Assembly (NCBI GenBank): GCA_964532965.1
Contig: CAZHJE010000004.1
Location: 1 to 35,046 of the forward strand
Reading direction: 5' to 3'
Source: an uncultured Candidatus Saccharibacteria bacterium
GTDB lineage: Bacteria > Patescibacteriota > WWE3 > UBA101185 > UBA10185
DNA: 35,046 nt
How positions within the stretch are numbered: position 1 is the first letter of the stretch; every line of letters begins with the position of its first letter. A program made the position numbers and the translations under genes. The notes beneath the pieces were generated by a model. That model was not told where the DNA came from and did not search any database. It was given only the letters and a program-made list of their open reading frames with translations. This document shows, piece after piece, positions 1 to 8,786 of the stretch.

Positions 1-1
1 C

Positions 2-1240
2 TTATCGTTGCCACTAAATGATAATAGTGTAATTGGATTATCCTTTGTTTATGACGGTTTGGGCTCTGGCACGTTTGATTTATGCATAAAAAGTTCTCCG
101 TTTTTGAGTACTTGTGATATTAAAAAAGGAGAATATCTCAATAGCAATGATGCCAATGTTGCGACTTTTTTTAGTGGCTTAAAAAAAACAGATACCCCAG
201 TCATTTCATTTGTTATTAATGCATTGGGAGCTGAGGAGACAGAGGTATCATTTCACAAGCTTAGCTTAACGCTTTTAAATGAAAGTTCTAAGAAGGTTTC
301 CGGTAACTGGATGCTGTTTACAAATAATACCGAATCCGATAATTTACCTTATAAATTATCTGTCAAAAGCGGGGATATTGTTCGTATACAAACTCTTCCA
401 CATAATTATTACTTTTCCTCAAGTGAGAGTACTTTTCCGATAATATACCCATACTTACAATTTTCCACACCTGTTAGTAATTGTGCAACAAATAAAAATG
501 GCAGTGTCAGTAAAAAATTGGTCACAACAGAATACGGCCCCTATCTGGAGTATACATCAAAAAATGCATCTATCTGTGAAAGCCATTTATTAGATTATAT
601 ACTGTATAATCCTGGACAAATAAATATAGTTGATTACGCGAATATTTCTGGAAGGGGTATAAATTATTGTATACTATTAAATCCATCTGGGTTTTGTTTA
701 AAAAACACAATATTGGAAGCGCAATCAAACACATTTTCCAGTTCTAGGGAAATTACGGTTATACCACCGATAGATTCGAAAAACAACCTTGGTGTCTATT
801 TACAAAATAGTTCTAGGAATTCAGATGATGTTAGAATAAATAGAGTAGGGGCTATAAGGTTTTTACCATTTCCACATGTTTGGTTATCTTCAATAACACT
901 TGAATCTGGTGATTCTAATAATATTAGCTCTCTTTATACAGTTTCAAGAGTACTTCCCTTTATTTATACATATGATAAAAATACAGTGCAAAAGAATGAT
1001 GTATTAGCAATATACCAAAGTTTCGATGATGGATGGCTAGCTCTGTGTGGTTATAAAAGGTGTCCGTCAGAACACCATATATTGAATGGTTGGGCAAATG
1101 GTTGGTTGTTTACTTCGTCGTATGATGGAAGTGTTACAGTAGTTTTCTGGCCGCAGTTGTTTGAGTTTCTTGGCCTTTTTATAACTGCATCTGTTACAAT
1201 TTCTCTTTTTTTAAAAATTTTAAAAACAAATAAGCAGTGA
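2..1240 (+). CDS. C-terminal part of a large secreted/membrane protein (5' end outside the window), ending in one TM helix
   Basis: The frame is open to the window edge, with no stop upstream of the TTG at 8. The ectodomain is beta-rich and N/S/T-rich. The C-terminal hydrophobic helix is FEFLGLFITASVTISLFLKIL. No catalytic motif was recognised. Confidence 0.6.
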   Translation, partial: LSLPLNDNSVIGLSFVYDGLGSGTFDLCIKSSPFLSTCDIKKGEYLNSNDANVATFFSGLKKTDTPVISFVINALGAEETEVSFHKLSLTLLNESSKKVSGNWMLFTNNTESDNLPYKLSVKSGDIVRIQTLPHNYYFSSSESTFPIIYPYLQFSTPVSNCATNKNGSVSKKLVTTEYGPYLEYTSKNASICESHLLDYILYNPGQINIVDYANISGRGINYCILLNPSGFCLKNTILEAQSNTFSSSREITVIPPIDSKNNLGVYLQNSSRNSDDVRINRVGAIRFLPFPHVWLSSITLESGDSNNISSLYTVSRVLPFIYTYDKNTVQKNDVLAIYQSFDDGWLALCGYKRCPSEHHILNGWANGWLFTSSYDGSVTVVFWPQLFEFLGLFITASVTISLFLKILKTNKQ

Positions 1241-1444
1241 GAGTATGTTTGTTCCAGATACCCTAGACTTTACTAGCTCTAAAACCAAACTCACTTTAAT
1301 GTACTGGAATAGAGCAACCAGCATAAGCGCACTTTAGAATTCTAAACCTAAAACCGCACGGCTGTAGTAACAAATTTGGCTTTATTGTTTATTGCCACCA
1401 CAGCAAAAGTAGAATCGTATATTGTTGGGAGTTGCCCTATAGTA

Positions 1445-1473
1445 TTGACACAAACTACAAAATAGGGTACAAT
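1445..1473 (+). promoter_or_regulatory. sigma70-like promoter TTGACA-17-TACAAT
   Basis: TTGACA at 1445-1450, a 17-nt spacer, then TACAAT at 1468-1473. It lies in a 411-nt non-coding gap upstream of the LPETG protein gene. Confidence 0.55.
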
Positions 1474-1479
1474 CAGCAT

Positions 1480-1509
1480 ATCGAGTACTACGTTACTCGA
1501 TTTTGTTTA
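1480..1509 (+). promoter_or_regulatory. hairpin at the predicted transcript 5' end followed by a T-rich run (5' stabiliser or weak attenuator)
   Basis: ATCGAGTA (1480-1487) pairs perfectly with TACTCGAT (1494-1501) around a 6-nt loop, followed by TTTGTTTAT. The stem starts about 7 nt after the -10 box. Confidence 0.35.
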
Positions 1510-1651
1510 TCGTCCAACAAGAAGTGCATATATTAGCGTAATCTCAAATGGTTTGCTTTTTGCACTACATCTTATTGAACGAGAATATACTAAGTACATA
1601 AGTACCGGTATATTCATATTTTCTGCCGTATCCCTGCCAAAAGGTTAATAT

Positions 1652-2266
1652 ATGTATAAAAAAGCATTAAAAAATGGTGTATTCCCTATAACTCTGGTAT
1701 TATCAGTGGCTCTATTGAGTGGTATTTCTTATGCTGACTGTGAGGCCAACTATGGTGGAGGAGAAACTTGTATTTATAATAAGTCTTTTGAAGTAGACAA
1801 AAAAGTTAGAATACAAGGTGATGATAATTGGAAAGATAAAGTAACAGATGTAGAAAAAGACGATATAGTTGAATTTAGAATTAAAATAAAGAATGTTGGC
1901 GAAATTAAAGTTGACGATATGAAGATGAAAGATTTTCTTCCAGATGAAATGGAAAGAGTAGGCGGAAGTGGTCTTACAGAATATTGGGACAGCTTTATAC
2001 CTGGTGAAAGCAAAGAGTTCAAAATAGAAGCTGTACTTGATGAATCTGAGTTCGATAGAGAAAACTTCGAAAAATGTATTGTTAACAAAGCTGAAGCATA
2101 TTATGATGATAATTTCGAAGGTGCTGATACCGCGACAGTATGTTATGGTAATGCTACAATAACAGAACTTCCTGAAACTGGTGCAAGTAGCACATTAATA
2201 TTTGTATCGCTAGGGATGCTCTCTTTACTTGGAGGAACATTAGTTAAGAAGATTAAACTTAGTTAA
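1652..2266 (+). CDS. LPXTG-anchored surface protein with a DUF11/CARDB-like repeat domain
   Basis: An N-terminal signal peptide and a C-terminal sorting signal: LPETG, a hydrophobic stretch, then KKIKLS. AAAGG lies 7 nt upstream of the ATG. Confidence 0.85.
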   Translation: MYKKALKNGVFPITLVLSVALLSGISYADCEANYGGGETCIYNKSFEVDKKVRIQGDDNWKDKVTDVEKDDIVEFRIKIKNVGEIKVDDMKMKDFLPDEMERVGGSGLTEYWDSFIPGESKEFKIEAVLDESEFDRENFEKCIVNKAEAYYDDNFEGADTATVCYGNATITELPETGASSTLIFVSLGMLSLLGGTLVKKIKLS

Positions 2267-2280
2267 GTTTGATCTATGGC

Positions 2281-2306
2281 TAGGGGGTTAGTTATCTAAC
2301 CCCCTA
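2281..2306 (+). terminator. GC-rich hairpin downstream of the LPETG gene (terminator-like, no U tract)
   Basis: TAGGGGGTTAG / CTAACCCCCTA form an 11-bp perfect stem with loop TTAT, 15 nt after the stop codon. Confidence 0.45.
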
Positions 2307-2451
2307 ATAAGCCACTTAGTTGGACTTAGTGTAGAATAGTTGGGTTTGGCATCTCTTACGCGACTATTCTATAGTGAGTCTAATTTTGTTTAGGTAGCTA
2401 TCTGCTATACTGTATTAACCAGTTCAACCATCCTGTCTAATGTGACCTATA

Positions 2452-3162
2452 ATGAATAAACTTGAAGATATTAAGCATTCTCAAAGTATGACAAAAAACG
2501 CACAACTAGCATTTTTAATTGTTGTATTAGTTTTGCTTTTGTCTTATATTGCCTTTAATACTCCAAATACACTAGATTATATAAAAAATAGTTCTTTTAC
2601 TATATTAAATATGTTCAAAAGCACACTGGGTAGCAAGTTCTTTTCTACTGGAGGTACTGTAAAAGAAGCAGAGGTTACTGAACCAATATCGATATTTAGT
2701 GATTTAACTAAATCGCTGTATTTTACTCCCAAAAGGCTTTATGCATCAGAAACAGCAATAGATATACAACTCGAAGAAGTGGGTGTAGAGAGTACAGGCC
2801 ATCTTCAAACACCAGCAAGTTGGGATACAGGGGGTTGGTATTATAAAAGTTCTAAAGCAGGTGATAAAGGTAATATAATAATTAATGCACATTATGATAC
2901 TAACTCTGGTGCACCAGCTGCATTTTGGGAGTTGAAAAATTTAGCCAATGGTGATAAAGTATTTTTATTCGATGATCTAGGTAGATCATATACCTACATA
3001 GTGAGTGAAATTTTTTATATCGATGTTTCAGATCCAGACAGGTTAAAAATATTTGAGAATAATGACAATGTATCAGAATTGACACTTGTGACTTGTGGCG
3101 GAGTTTGGGTACCTTCTGATGGGTATAATAAAAGGTTAGTAGTTAAGGCTATTAAACAATAA
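2452..3162 (+). CDS. sortase family transpeptidase
   Basis: N-terminal TM anchor, His region NAHYD, catalytic TLVTCGG motif and downstream conserved Arg (NKRLVV). It lies directly downstream of an LPETG substrate. Confidence 0.85.
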   Translation: MNKLEDIKHSQSMTKNAQLAFLIVVLVLLLSYIAFNTPNTLDYIKNSSFTILNMFKSTLGSKFFSTGGTVKEAEVTEPISIFSDLTKSLYFTPKRLYASETAIDIQLEEVGVESTGHLQTPASWDTGGWYYKSSKAGDKGNIIINAHYDTNSGAPAAFWELKNLANGDKVFLFDDLGRSYTYIVSEIFYIDVSDPDRLKIFENNDNVSELTLVTCGGVWVPSDGYNKRLVVKAIKQ

Positions 3163-3263
3163 GACTGTTTAATGTAGTTGCTTGAAGTTGGGAGGTAGCT
3201 CGGGGCAGTGGCTATCTTCCATCTTTAGGCAATTAGCAAATTCATTTGAAAGGTTTTCCAAAA

Positions 3264-4544
3264 ATGCCAAGACCAAAAAGAGACAATTCTGCACAAACCG
3301 ATGCAGATCAAAATACTCACTCAGTACCAGATTCGGGAGATAATAATTCATCATCAAATAATGAAAATAGAATTACATCTAATGTTAGGGTGACACCTAC
3401 AAGCAATGGTAATAATAGATATTATGTAGGGGAGACTTATAAAGTTAACGGTACCTTAGAAGTATTTGGTGATTACGGTGTTATACGACAAAAAGAGTCA
3501 CTAAATGATGAATTACCTAAAGATGTATACATTAGTCAATCACAAATAAAAAGATTTTCTTTAAGAATGGGGGATCATATTGATGGTTTTGCCCGCGCTC
3601 CAAAAGAAAGAGAAGCTTATCTTTCTTTGCTTCAAGTCGAACAAGTCGATGGTATGAGTCCCGAAGAAGCAAGAAAAAGACCCTACTTTAACAATCTTAC
3701 AGCAATATATCCAAATGAATGGATTAAATTAGAGACAGAAACCGACATTCTTTCGACACGATTAATAGATTTGTTTGCTCCAATAGGTAAAGGTCAACGG
3801 GCAATGATAGTAGCACCTCCAAAAGCAGGTAAAACCTGGCTATTAACAGATATTGCAAATGGAATAACTAAAAACTCACCAAAGGTTACACTCCTTGTAG
3901 CATTAATTGGTGAAAGACCAGAGGAAGTTACACATATGGAACGCAGTGTAAATGGGGAAGTATTTGCGAGTAATTTTGACACTGAACCTGCAGAACAAAC
4001 AAGAATGGCAGAGATATGTTTAGAAAAAGCAAAAAGAATGGCAGAAAAAGGTAGTGACGTAGTCATTTTAATGGATTCATTAACAAGACTTGCGAGAGCA
4101 TATAATATGGTTGTGTCTCCATCAGGGAGAACACTAAGTGGTGGGTTTGATCCTTCTGCACTTTTTCCTGCGAAAAAGTTTTTTGGTGCTGCACGTAATC
4201 TTGAAGAAGGTGGTAGTCTAACAATAATAGCTACTGCGCTTGTCGACACAGGATCAAAAATGGATGATGTGATTTTTGAAGAGTTTAAAGGTACTGGAAA
4301 TATGGAACTAAGACTTGATAGAGGATTATCTGAAAGAAGAATATTTCCTGCAATTGATATTAAAGCAAGTAGCACACGCCATGAAGAGTATTTGTATGAT
4401 GAAAAAACACTAGAATCGGTTACAAGGCTTAGAAGGATGATTGATTTACTTGATGAAAAAGAAACAACTAACCTTGTAATTCAACAAATGAAAAAAGCAA
4501 AGAACAATGTAGAATTCCTTGAGAATCTCCATAAAGCAAACTAG
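3264..4544 (+). CDS. rho: transcription termination factor Rho
   Basis: CSD-like RNA-binding region (GTLEVFGDYGVIRQ, RFSLRMGDHIDG), P-loop APPKAGKT and RecA-type core through to the C-terminus. An in-frame alternative TTG start lies at 3246. I prefer the ATG at 3264, which has AAAGG upstream. Confidence 0.93.
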   Translation: MPRPKRDNSAQTDADQNTHSVPDSGDNNSSSNNENRITSNVRVTPTSNGNNRYYVGETYKVNGTLEVFGDYGVIRQKESLNDELPKDVYISQSQIKRFSLRMGDHIDGFARAPKEREAYLSLLQVEQVDGMSPEEARKRPYFNNLTAIYPNEWIKLETETDILSTRLIDLFAPIGKGQRAMIVAPPKAGKTWLLTDIANGITKNSPKVTLLVALIGERPEEVTHMERSVNGEVFASNFDTEPAEQTRMAEICLEKAKRMAEKGSDVVILMDSLTRLARAYNMVVSPSGRTLSGGFDPSALFPAKKFFGAARNLEEGGSLTIIATALVDTGSKMDDVIFEEFKGTGNMELRLDRGLSERRIFPAIDIKASSTRHEEYLYDEKTLESVTRLRRMIDLLDEKETTNLVIQQMKKAKNNVEFLENLHKAN

Positions 4545-4570
4545 TCGATTTTCTGTTAAAATGATCTAGT

Positions 4571-5815
4571 ATGTCATTGAACATAAAAGGCTTTTCACCT
4601 AGAGAAAAATCTCTGTGGAGTATTGCTTTAAGAAAACCTAAATCAAAAAGATTTTCCCAACTAAGCTTTGAAGGTTTTAAACCTAAAGGTAAAAATGTAA
4701 TGGAGCAATTATTAAAGACGTTTTTTGGTTATTTTAAGTTCGTCGCTTACTATATAAGAAAAAAACTAAAAAAGACATTAAGACTTTTCAAAAACATTTT
4801 TATTAAGACCATAGCAAGTATCCAAGCAGTTAAAGAGACGATTGTAAGAAAATTGATTTGGTCGCGTGGTAAGTTAGCCCGTCCTATTGCTACATCTATT
4901 GTTATGGGATTTTCATTTTTCATCTTTATGTTAGGGAAAGTTTTAAATAGCTCTAAGTTCGTGAATAGTCAAGAAATTAATCCCGATTATCTATCAAATG
5001 TTACCGATATCATACCGCAACGTAATGTTGCAATAACTACGATACCCGAAAGTAGAAAAAGATCCGAACCATTTGAATATACTGTTCTTCCGGGGGATAC
5101 TTTAAGTTCTATTGGAAACAATTTTAAAATATCTGTTGATGCATTAAGATATGTTAACAATATAAAAACAGATGATGTATTAAGCGTAGGACAAACATTA
5201 ACAATTCCTCCTATATCAGGTTTAATACACAAAGTAGCATCTGGGGATAGTTTAACTTCTATCGCAAGAAAGTACGATGTACCTTCACAAGCTATTGCTG
5301 ACTTTAATTATATTCTTGACACGTCTAGAATAGCTGTTGGTACGGAACTTGTTATACCAAATGCTAAAGTCCCACAACCCATTATAGTATCAACAGGTTT
5401 TACTACAATTTCATCTGGTCCTGTAACAGATACAGGTGCCTCTTATGGTTGGTGTCTTTGGCCAACAACGGCACGTGTTATTACACAAAACTTTTCGTGG
5501 TATCATAATGGTGTTGATATTGCTGTGCCTTCTGGGCAAGGTATGCCACCATTATATGCGTGTGCTGAAGGTATCGTAATTAGATCAGGATGGGATCCAT
5601 TTGGGCTTGGACTACATGTCATGATAGATCATGGAAACGGCTATCAAACTGTGTATGGTCATATGAGTAGGTTAGATGTAGGTTACGGCGAACGTGTAGG
5701 TAAAGGTCAGACAATAGGTGCTATGGGAAGTACTGGAAGGTCTACAGGGCCCCACATCCACTTTATCATAAAGTATCAAGGTGTCCCTCAAGATCCATTA
5801 AATTATATTAATTAA
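4571..5815 (+). CDS. LysM-domain M23 family metallopeptidase (peptidoglycan hydrolase)
   Basis: TM segment, two LysM repeats (YTVLPGDTLSSIG..., HKVASGDSLTSIA...), and the M23 motifs HNGVDIA and GSTGRSTGPHIHF. Confidence 0.88.
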   Translation: MSLNIKGFSPREKSLWSIALRKPKSKRFSQLSFEGFKPKGKNVMEQLLKTFFGYFKFVAYYIRKKLKKTLRLFKNIFIKTIASIQAVKETIVRKLIWSRGKLARPIATSIVMGFSFFIFMLGKVLNSSKFVNSQEINPDYLSNVTDIIPQRNVAITTIPESRKRSEPFEYTVLPGDTLSSIGNNFKISVDALRYVNNIKTDDVLSVGQTLTIPPISGLIHKVASGDSLTSIARKYDVPSQAIADFNYILDTSRIAVGTELVIPNAKVPQPIIVSTGFTTISSGPVTDTGASYGWCLWPTTARVITQNFSWYHNGVDIAVPSGQGMPPLYACAEGIVIRSGWDPFGLGLHVMIDHGNGYQTVYGHMSRLDVGYGERVGKGQTIGAMGSTGRSTGPHIHFIIKYQGVPQDPLNYIN

Positions 5816-5816
5816 T

Positions 5817-6944
5817 ATGTTAGTAGATATAGCAAAAATTAAAATACAAGCAGGAAAAGGGGGAGATGGGAAAGTTTCTTTTAGACGTGAAAAATATATT
5901 CCAAAAGGTGGCCCTGACGGTGGTGATGGCGGTAATGGAGGCAATGTTTACTTAAACATTTCACCAAATATGCTTACTTTAATGGATTTTCGATCTAAAC
6001 ATGTATATAAAGCAGAGGATGGGTTCCCTGGCGGTCAAAAAAAAATGTCGGGTAAAGCGGGTAATGACTTAATAATAGGCGTTCCTAATGGTACATTGAT
6101 ATATGAGATTAATCCAAGCACACAGGAAAAGGTGCTATTACGCGATATGTCCTCGTATAACATGCAGGAAGAGTTATTTCTTATAGCTAAGGGCGGTAGG
6201 GGCGGTAAAGGTAATGTTCATTTCAAGAGTTCAACAAATAGAACACCTATGCAATTTACACCTGGTAAATATGGCGAAGTAAGAGAACTCTTACTGGAGT
6301 TAAAATTAATTGCGGATATTGGATTGATAGGGTTACCTAATGCAGGAAAAAGTACGTTATTAAATTCTCTTACGAAGACTAACGCTAAAGTAGGTAGTTA
6401 TATGTTTACAACTTTACACCCTAATTTAGGAAAATTAGTTTTAAATGAAGATCAAAGTGTGATTGTCGCAGATATACCTGGATTGGTAGAAAATGCATCA
6501 AAAGGCAAAGGGCTAGGAGATAAATTTTTAAAACACATAGAAAGAACTCGGATACTTGTTCACATAATAGATCCTTATGATGGAGAAATACTTGATTCAA
6601 AAGTGTTGATAGATAATACACTTAAAAAATATAAGATTATAAGAGATGAGCTAAAAGAATATGACAAGACTCTTCTTACTAAACCAGAAATTGTTGTTAT
6701 TAATAAAATAGACATAACGGAGATAAAAGATATATTAAATGATTTAAAGGAGAAGTTTAAGAAAAAGTATGATATAGGTGTTATAGGCATTTCGGCAGTA
6801 ACTGGTGAAAATATAGATACTTTAAAAAAAGAGATATTTCATGTATTAAAATCGCTGCCAGAAAAAGTTAAATTTGCGTCAGAAAAGAATATTGAAAAGA
6901 CATTAAACATAGATGATTTGCCAAATAAAAGAATGATAGAATAA
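5817..6944 (+). CDS. obg: GTPase Obg/CgtA
   Basis: Gly-rich Obg fold (GKGGDGKVSFRREKYIPKGGPDGGDGGNGG) and G domain (GLPNAGKSTLLN, DIPGL, NKID). Confidence 0.93.
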   Translation: MLVDIAKIKIQAGKGGDGKVSFRREKYIPKGGPDGGDGGNGGNVYLNISPNMLTLMDFRSKHVYKAEDGFPGGQKKMSGKAGNDLIIGVPNGTLIYEINPSTQEKVLLRDMSSYNMQEELFLIAKGGRGGKGNVHFKSSTNRTPMQFTPGKYGEVRELLLELKLIADIGLIGLPNAGKSTLLNSLTKTNAKVGSYMFTTLHPNLGKLVLNEDQSVIVADIPGLVENASKGKGLGDKFLKHIERTRILVHIIDPYDGEILDSKVLIDNTLKKYKIIRDELKEYDKTLLTKPEIVVINKIDITEIKDILNDLKEKFKKKYDIGVIGISAVTGENIDTLKKEIFHVLKSLPEKVKFASEKNIEKTLNIDDLPNKRMIE

Positions 6945-6958
6945 TCAAGAATATGTTT

Positions 6959-7035
6959 GGGCCTGTGGCGCAAGTGGTTAGCGCGCTTCAATGGCATTGA
7001 AGAGGTTAGGGGTTCGAGTCCCCTCAGGTCCACCA
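6959..7035 (+). tRNA. tRNA-Ala (anticodon GGC), CCA encoded
   Basis: Hand-folded cloverleaf: acceptor GGGCCTG/CAGGTCC with the G3:U70 Ala identity pair, D arm GCGC/GCGC, anticodon loop ATGGCAT, T loop TTCGAGT, discriminator A plus CCA. Confidence 0.92.
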
Positions 7036-7058
7036 AATGAATCTTGTGTTGATTATTA

Positions 7059-7466
7059 TTGAATGGTAGTATTCTGGCTAGTATGGTTTGGAAGATATAT
7101 TTTTGGTTAATATTTATTTCTACTTTTTTCACCATGATTTTTCAGTACGGAGTTTTAGAAGTTTGGTATTTTGTGACTTGGTATGAGGTTGTAAGTTCTT
7201 TGTTTGTGTTGCTGGGGCTGTATGCTTATGCTTTTAAGAAAGTAGTGTTTACCGTTACTTTTTGGTATTTCTTTTTTTGGTACAATGTTTTGGCAACGAT
7301 AGTTGCTATATTGTGGGAGTTTACACCGGTAGACACTTATATAAATGTTCCTTCTTGGTTTTCTTCTCAGTTAGAATATACTGGGACCGAATTGTTACTA
7401 GGAACTTTCATTGGGTTACCAATTTTTTACGCATTGTATAAGTTAGGTAGAAGTAGTAATTCTTAA
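7059..7466 (+). CDS. hypothetical small integral membrane protein (about 4 TM)
   Basis: Strongly hydrophobic, F/W/Y-rich ORF. The start is uncertain (TTG 7059, ATG 7083 or ATG 7134). No family was recognised. Confidence 0.5.
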   Translation: MNGSILASMVWKIYFWLIFISTFFTMIFQYGVLEVWYFVTWYEVVSSLFVLLGLYAYAFKKVVFTVTFWYFFFWYNVLATIVAILWEFTPVDTYINVPSWFSSQLEYTGTELLLGTFIGLPIFYALYKLGRSSNS

Positions 7467-7511
7467 TTACACGCAGTTGATTTGCACTAATTAATATTGT
7501 ATATTACTTAT

Positions 7512-7838
7512 ATGCTAAAAACTTTAAAATTAACCAAAGCATTTTCTGATCAGAATAGAATAAAAATAATTAAAATGTTGTGTGATGGGGACAAAAATGT
7601 TAGTACTGTCGCTGATAAATTGAATGTCGAAGAAAATTTAGCATCGCATCATTTACGTGTACTTCAAGCTTTAGGATTTTTAAAAAATAATAAAAGAGGC
7701 AGGCAAGTAATATACTCATTAAACAGAGCCAAATTTATAAATCTTATTCGTGATTTAAATCAAAATGATTTCTTTCGTGAGGTTTTACTAGAAGCTTTAG
7801 AAGAAGAACTAGTACCAAGTAAAAAATCAAAAAAATAA
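7512..7838 (+). CDS. ArsR/SmtB family winged-helix transcriptional regulator
   Basis: The pattern FSDQNRIKIIKML...NVSTVADKLNVEENLASHHLRVLQALGFL is typical of the ArsR HTH. The ATG at 7512 is preferred over the TTG at 7497. Confidence 0.8.
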   Translation: MLKTLKLTKAFSDQNRIKIIKMLCDGDKNVSTVADKLNVEENLASHHLRVLQALGFLKNNKRGRQVIYSLNRAKFINLIRDLNQNDFFREVLLEALEEELVPSKKSKK

Positions 7839-7871
7839 TTTAATAATTTCTTATAATTTTTTAACGTAAAA

Positions 7872-7900
7872 CTACCTGCGTTAGCTGGTAGTAGTTGATA
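7872..7900 (+). repeat. intergenic motif copy A: CTACCTGCGTTAGCTGGTAGTAGTTGATA
   Basis: 28 of 29 nt identical to 14589-14617. Degenerate copies lie at 14517-14545 and 28264-28290. Confidence 0.85.
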
Positions 7901-8104
7901 TCTTAAAAATCTCTAGAAAGTAGTCATACTATTTTACGCCGCTACTGTAAGTAATACGGTAATAGTGCGGGAATACGTACCTAGATAATGTTATTAGAAG
8001 TTATCCACAATGAGTATTTACACCGTCATTTGATCCTTACGTTATAAGTGCGGGAATTAAAGTCCTATTTTAGGTAGATAGTCATAATTTAATAAAAATG
8101 TAGA

Positions 8105-8782
8105 GTGTGTTTTTATTGCCTTATGTTTGATGATGCAAGAAACGATTTGCTTTTAAAAATTTATAAAAAAATAGTTCTAGTATGTTTTATAGTGTCTGTT
8201 ATATCCATCTGTATTGTTGTTTTTTTGTACAATTCTCTATCAAAAATTAAGAACGAAAAGCCTGTAGAAGAAGAAAAGTACATAGCTGTAGACATTGCAG
8301 GGGCTGTTAAAAATCCCGGTGTATATTCATTAAAAGAGGGGAGTATAGTGTCTGATGTTATAAATGAGGCATCTGGCATATTGAATACAGTTTCATTTGA
8401 TTGGGTACTAAAAAATTTAAATCTATCAGAGCATTTGGTCGATTCTCAAAAAATATATATTCCATTTGATTATGAAATTGCTTATACCAATAAAGATTAT
8501 AGTGAGGATATTGCTGTAGATATTTTAGATAGATTAGTCGAAGAACAATTAGAGGACATTTTAGAAGAAGATAATAAAAATATTGATTCTGATAATGTCT
8601 CAGATCTTCTTAATATTAATTTAGCTTCTCAATCTGAACTCGAAGCACTTCCTGGTATTGGTAAAACATATGCAGAAAAGATAATTGCTAACAGACCTTA
8701 TGCATCGGTTGAAGAACTTAGTGAAAAAACAAAAATACCTCAATCCACACTAGATAAGTTTATAACCTTAATTACTTTTTAA
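8105..8782 (+). CDS. comEA: ComEA-like DNA receptor (SLBB domain plus helix-hairpin-helix)
   Basis: TM anchor, SLBB-like VDIAGAVKNPGVYSLKEGSIVSDVI, and C-terminal HhH INLASQSELEALPGIGKTYAEKII. An alternative ATG start lies at 8123. Confidence 0.82.
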   Translation: MCFYCLMFDDARNDLLLKIYKKIVLVCFIVSVISICIVVFLYNSLSKIKNEKPVEEEKYIAVDIAGAVKNPGVYSLKEGSIVSDVINEASGILNTVSFDWVLKNLNLSEHLVDSQKIYIPFDYEIAYTNKDYSEDIAVDILDRLVEEQLEDILEEDNKNIDSDNVSDLLNINLASQSELEALPGIGKTYAEKIIANRPYASVEELSEKTKIPQSTLDKFITLITF

Positions 8783-8786
8783 ATAC

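Noticed and set aside
1270-1285. On the reverse strand the sequence reads GTTTTAGAGCTAG, identical to the start of the type II-A (SpCas9-type) CRISPR repeat/sgRNA scaffold.
   Set aside because: It is a single copy with no repeat-spacer periodicity, no cas genes in the window and no recognisable tracrRNA continuation. It is most likely a chance 12-13-mer. A near-match at 10545-10556 lies inside the MBL coding sequence.
6839-7135. A 98-aa reverse ORF spans the obg 3' end and the intergenic region.
   Set aside because: It runs straight through the tRNA-Ala gene (6959-7035), so it is spurious.
7876-7898. The motif GCGTTAGCTGGTAGTAGTTGA resembles the 5' half (D-arm) of a tRNA such as tRNA-Lys, suggesting a tRNA pseudogene fragment.
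   Set aside because: The match needs two internal deletions. No anticodon or T arm follows in any copy, and no cloverleaf can be folded.
7988-8047. A 19-codon ATG ORF lies in the ArsR-comEA spacer.
   Set aside because: It has no SD, no conservation evidence and is very short. It cannot be supported from sequence alone.
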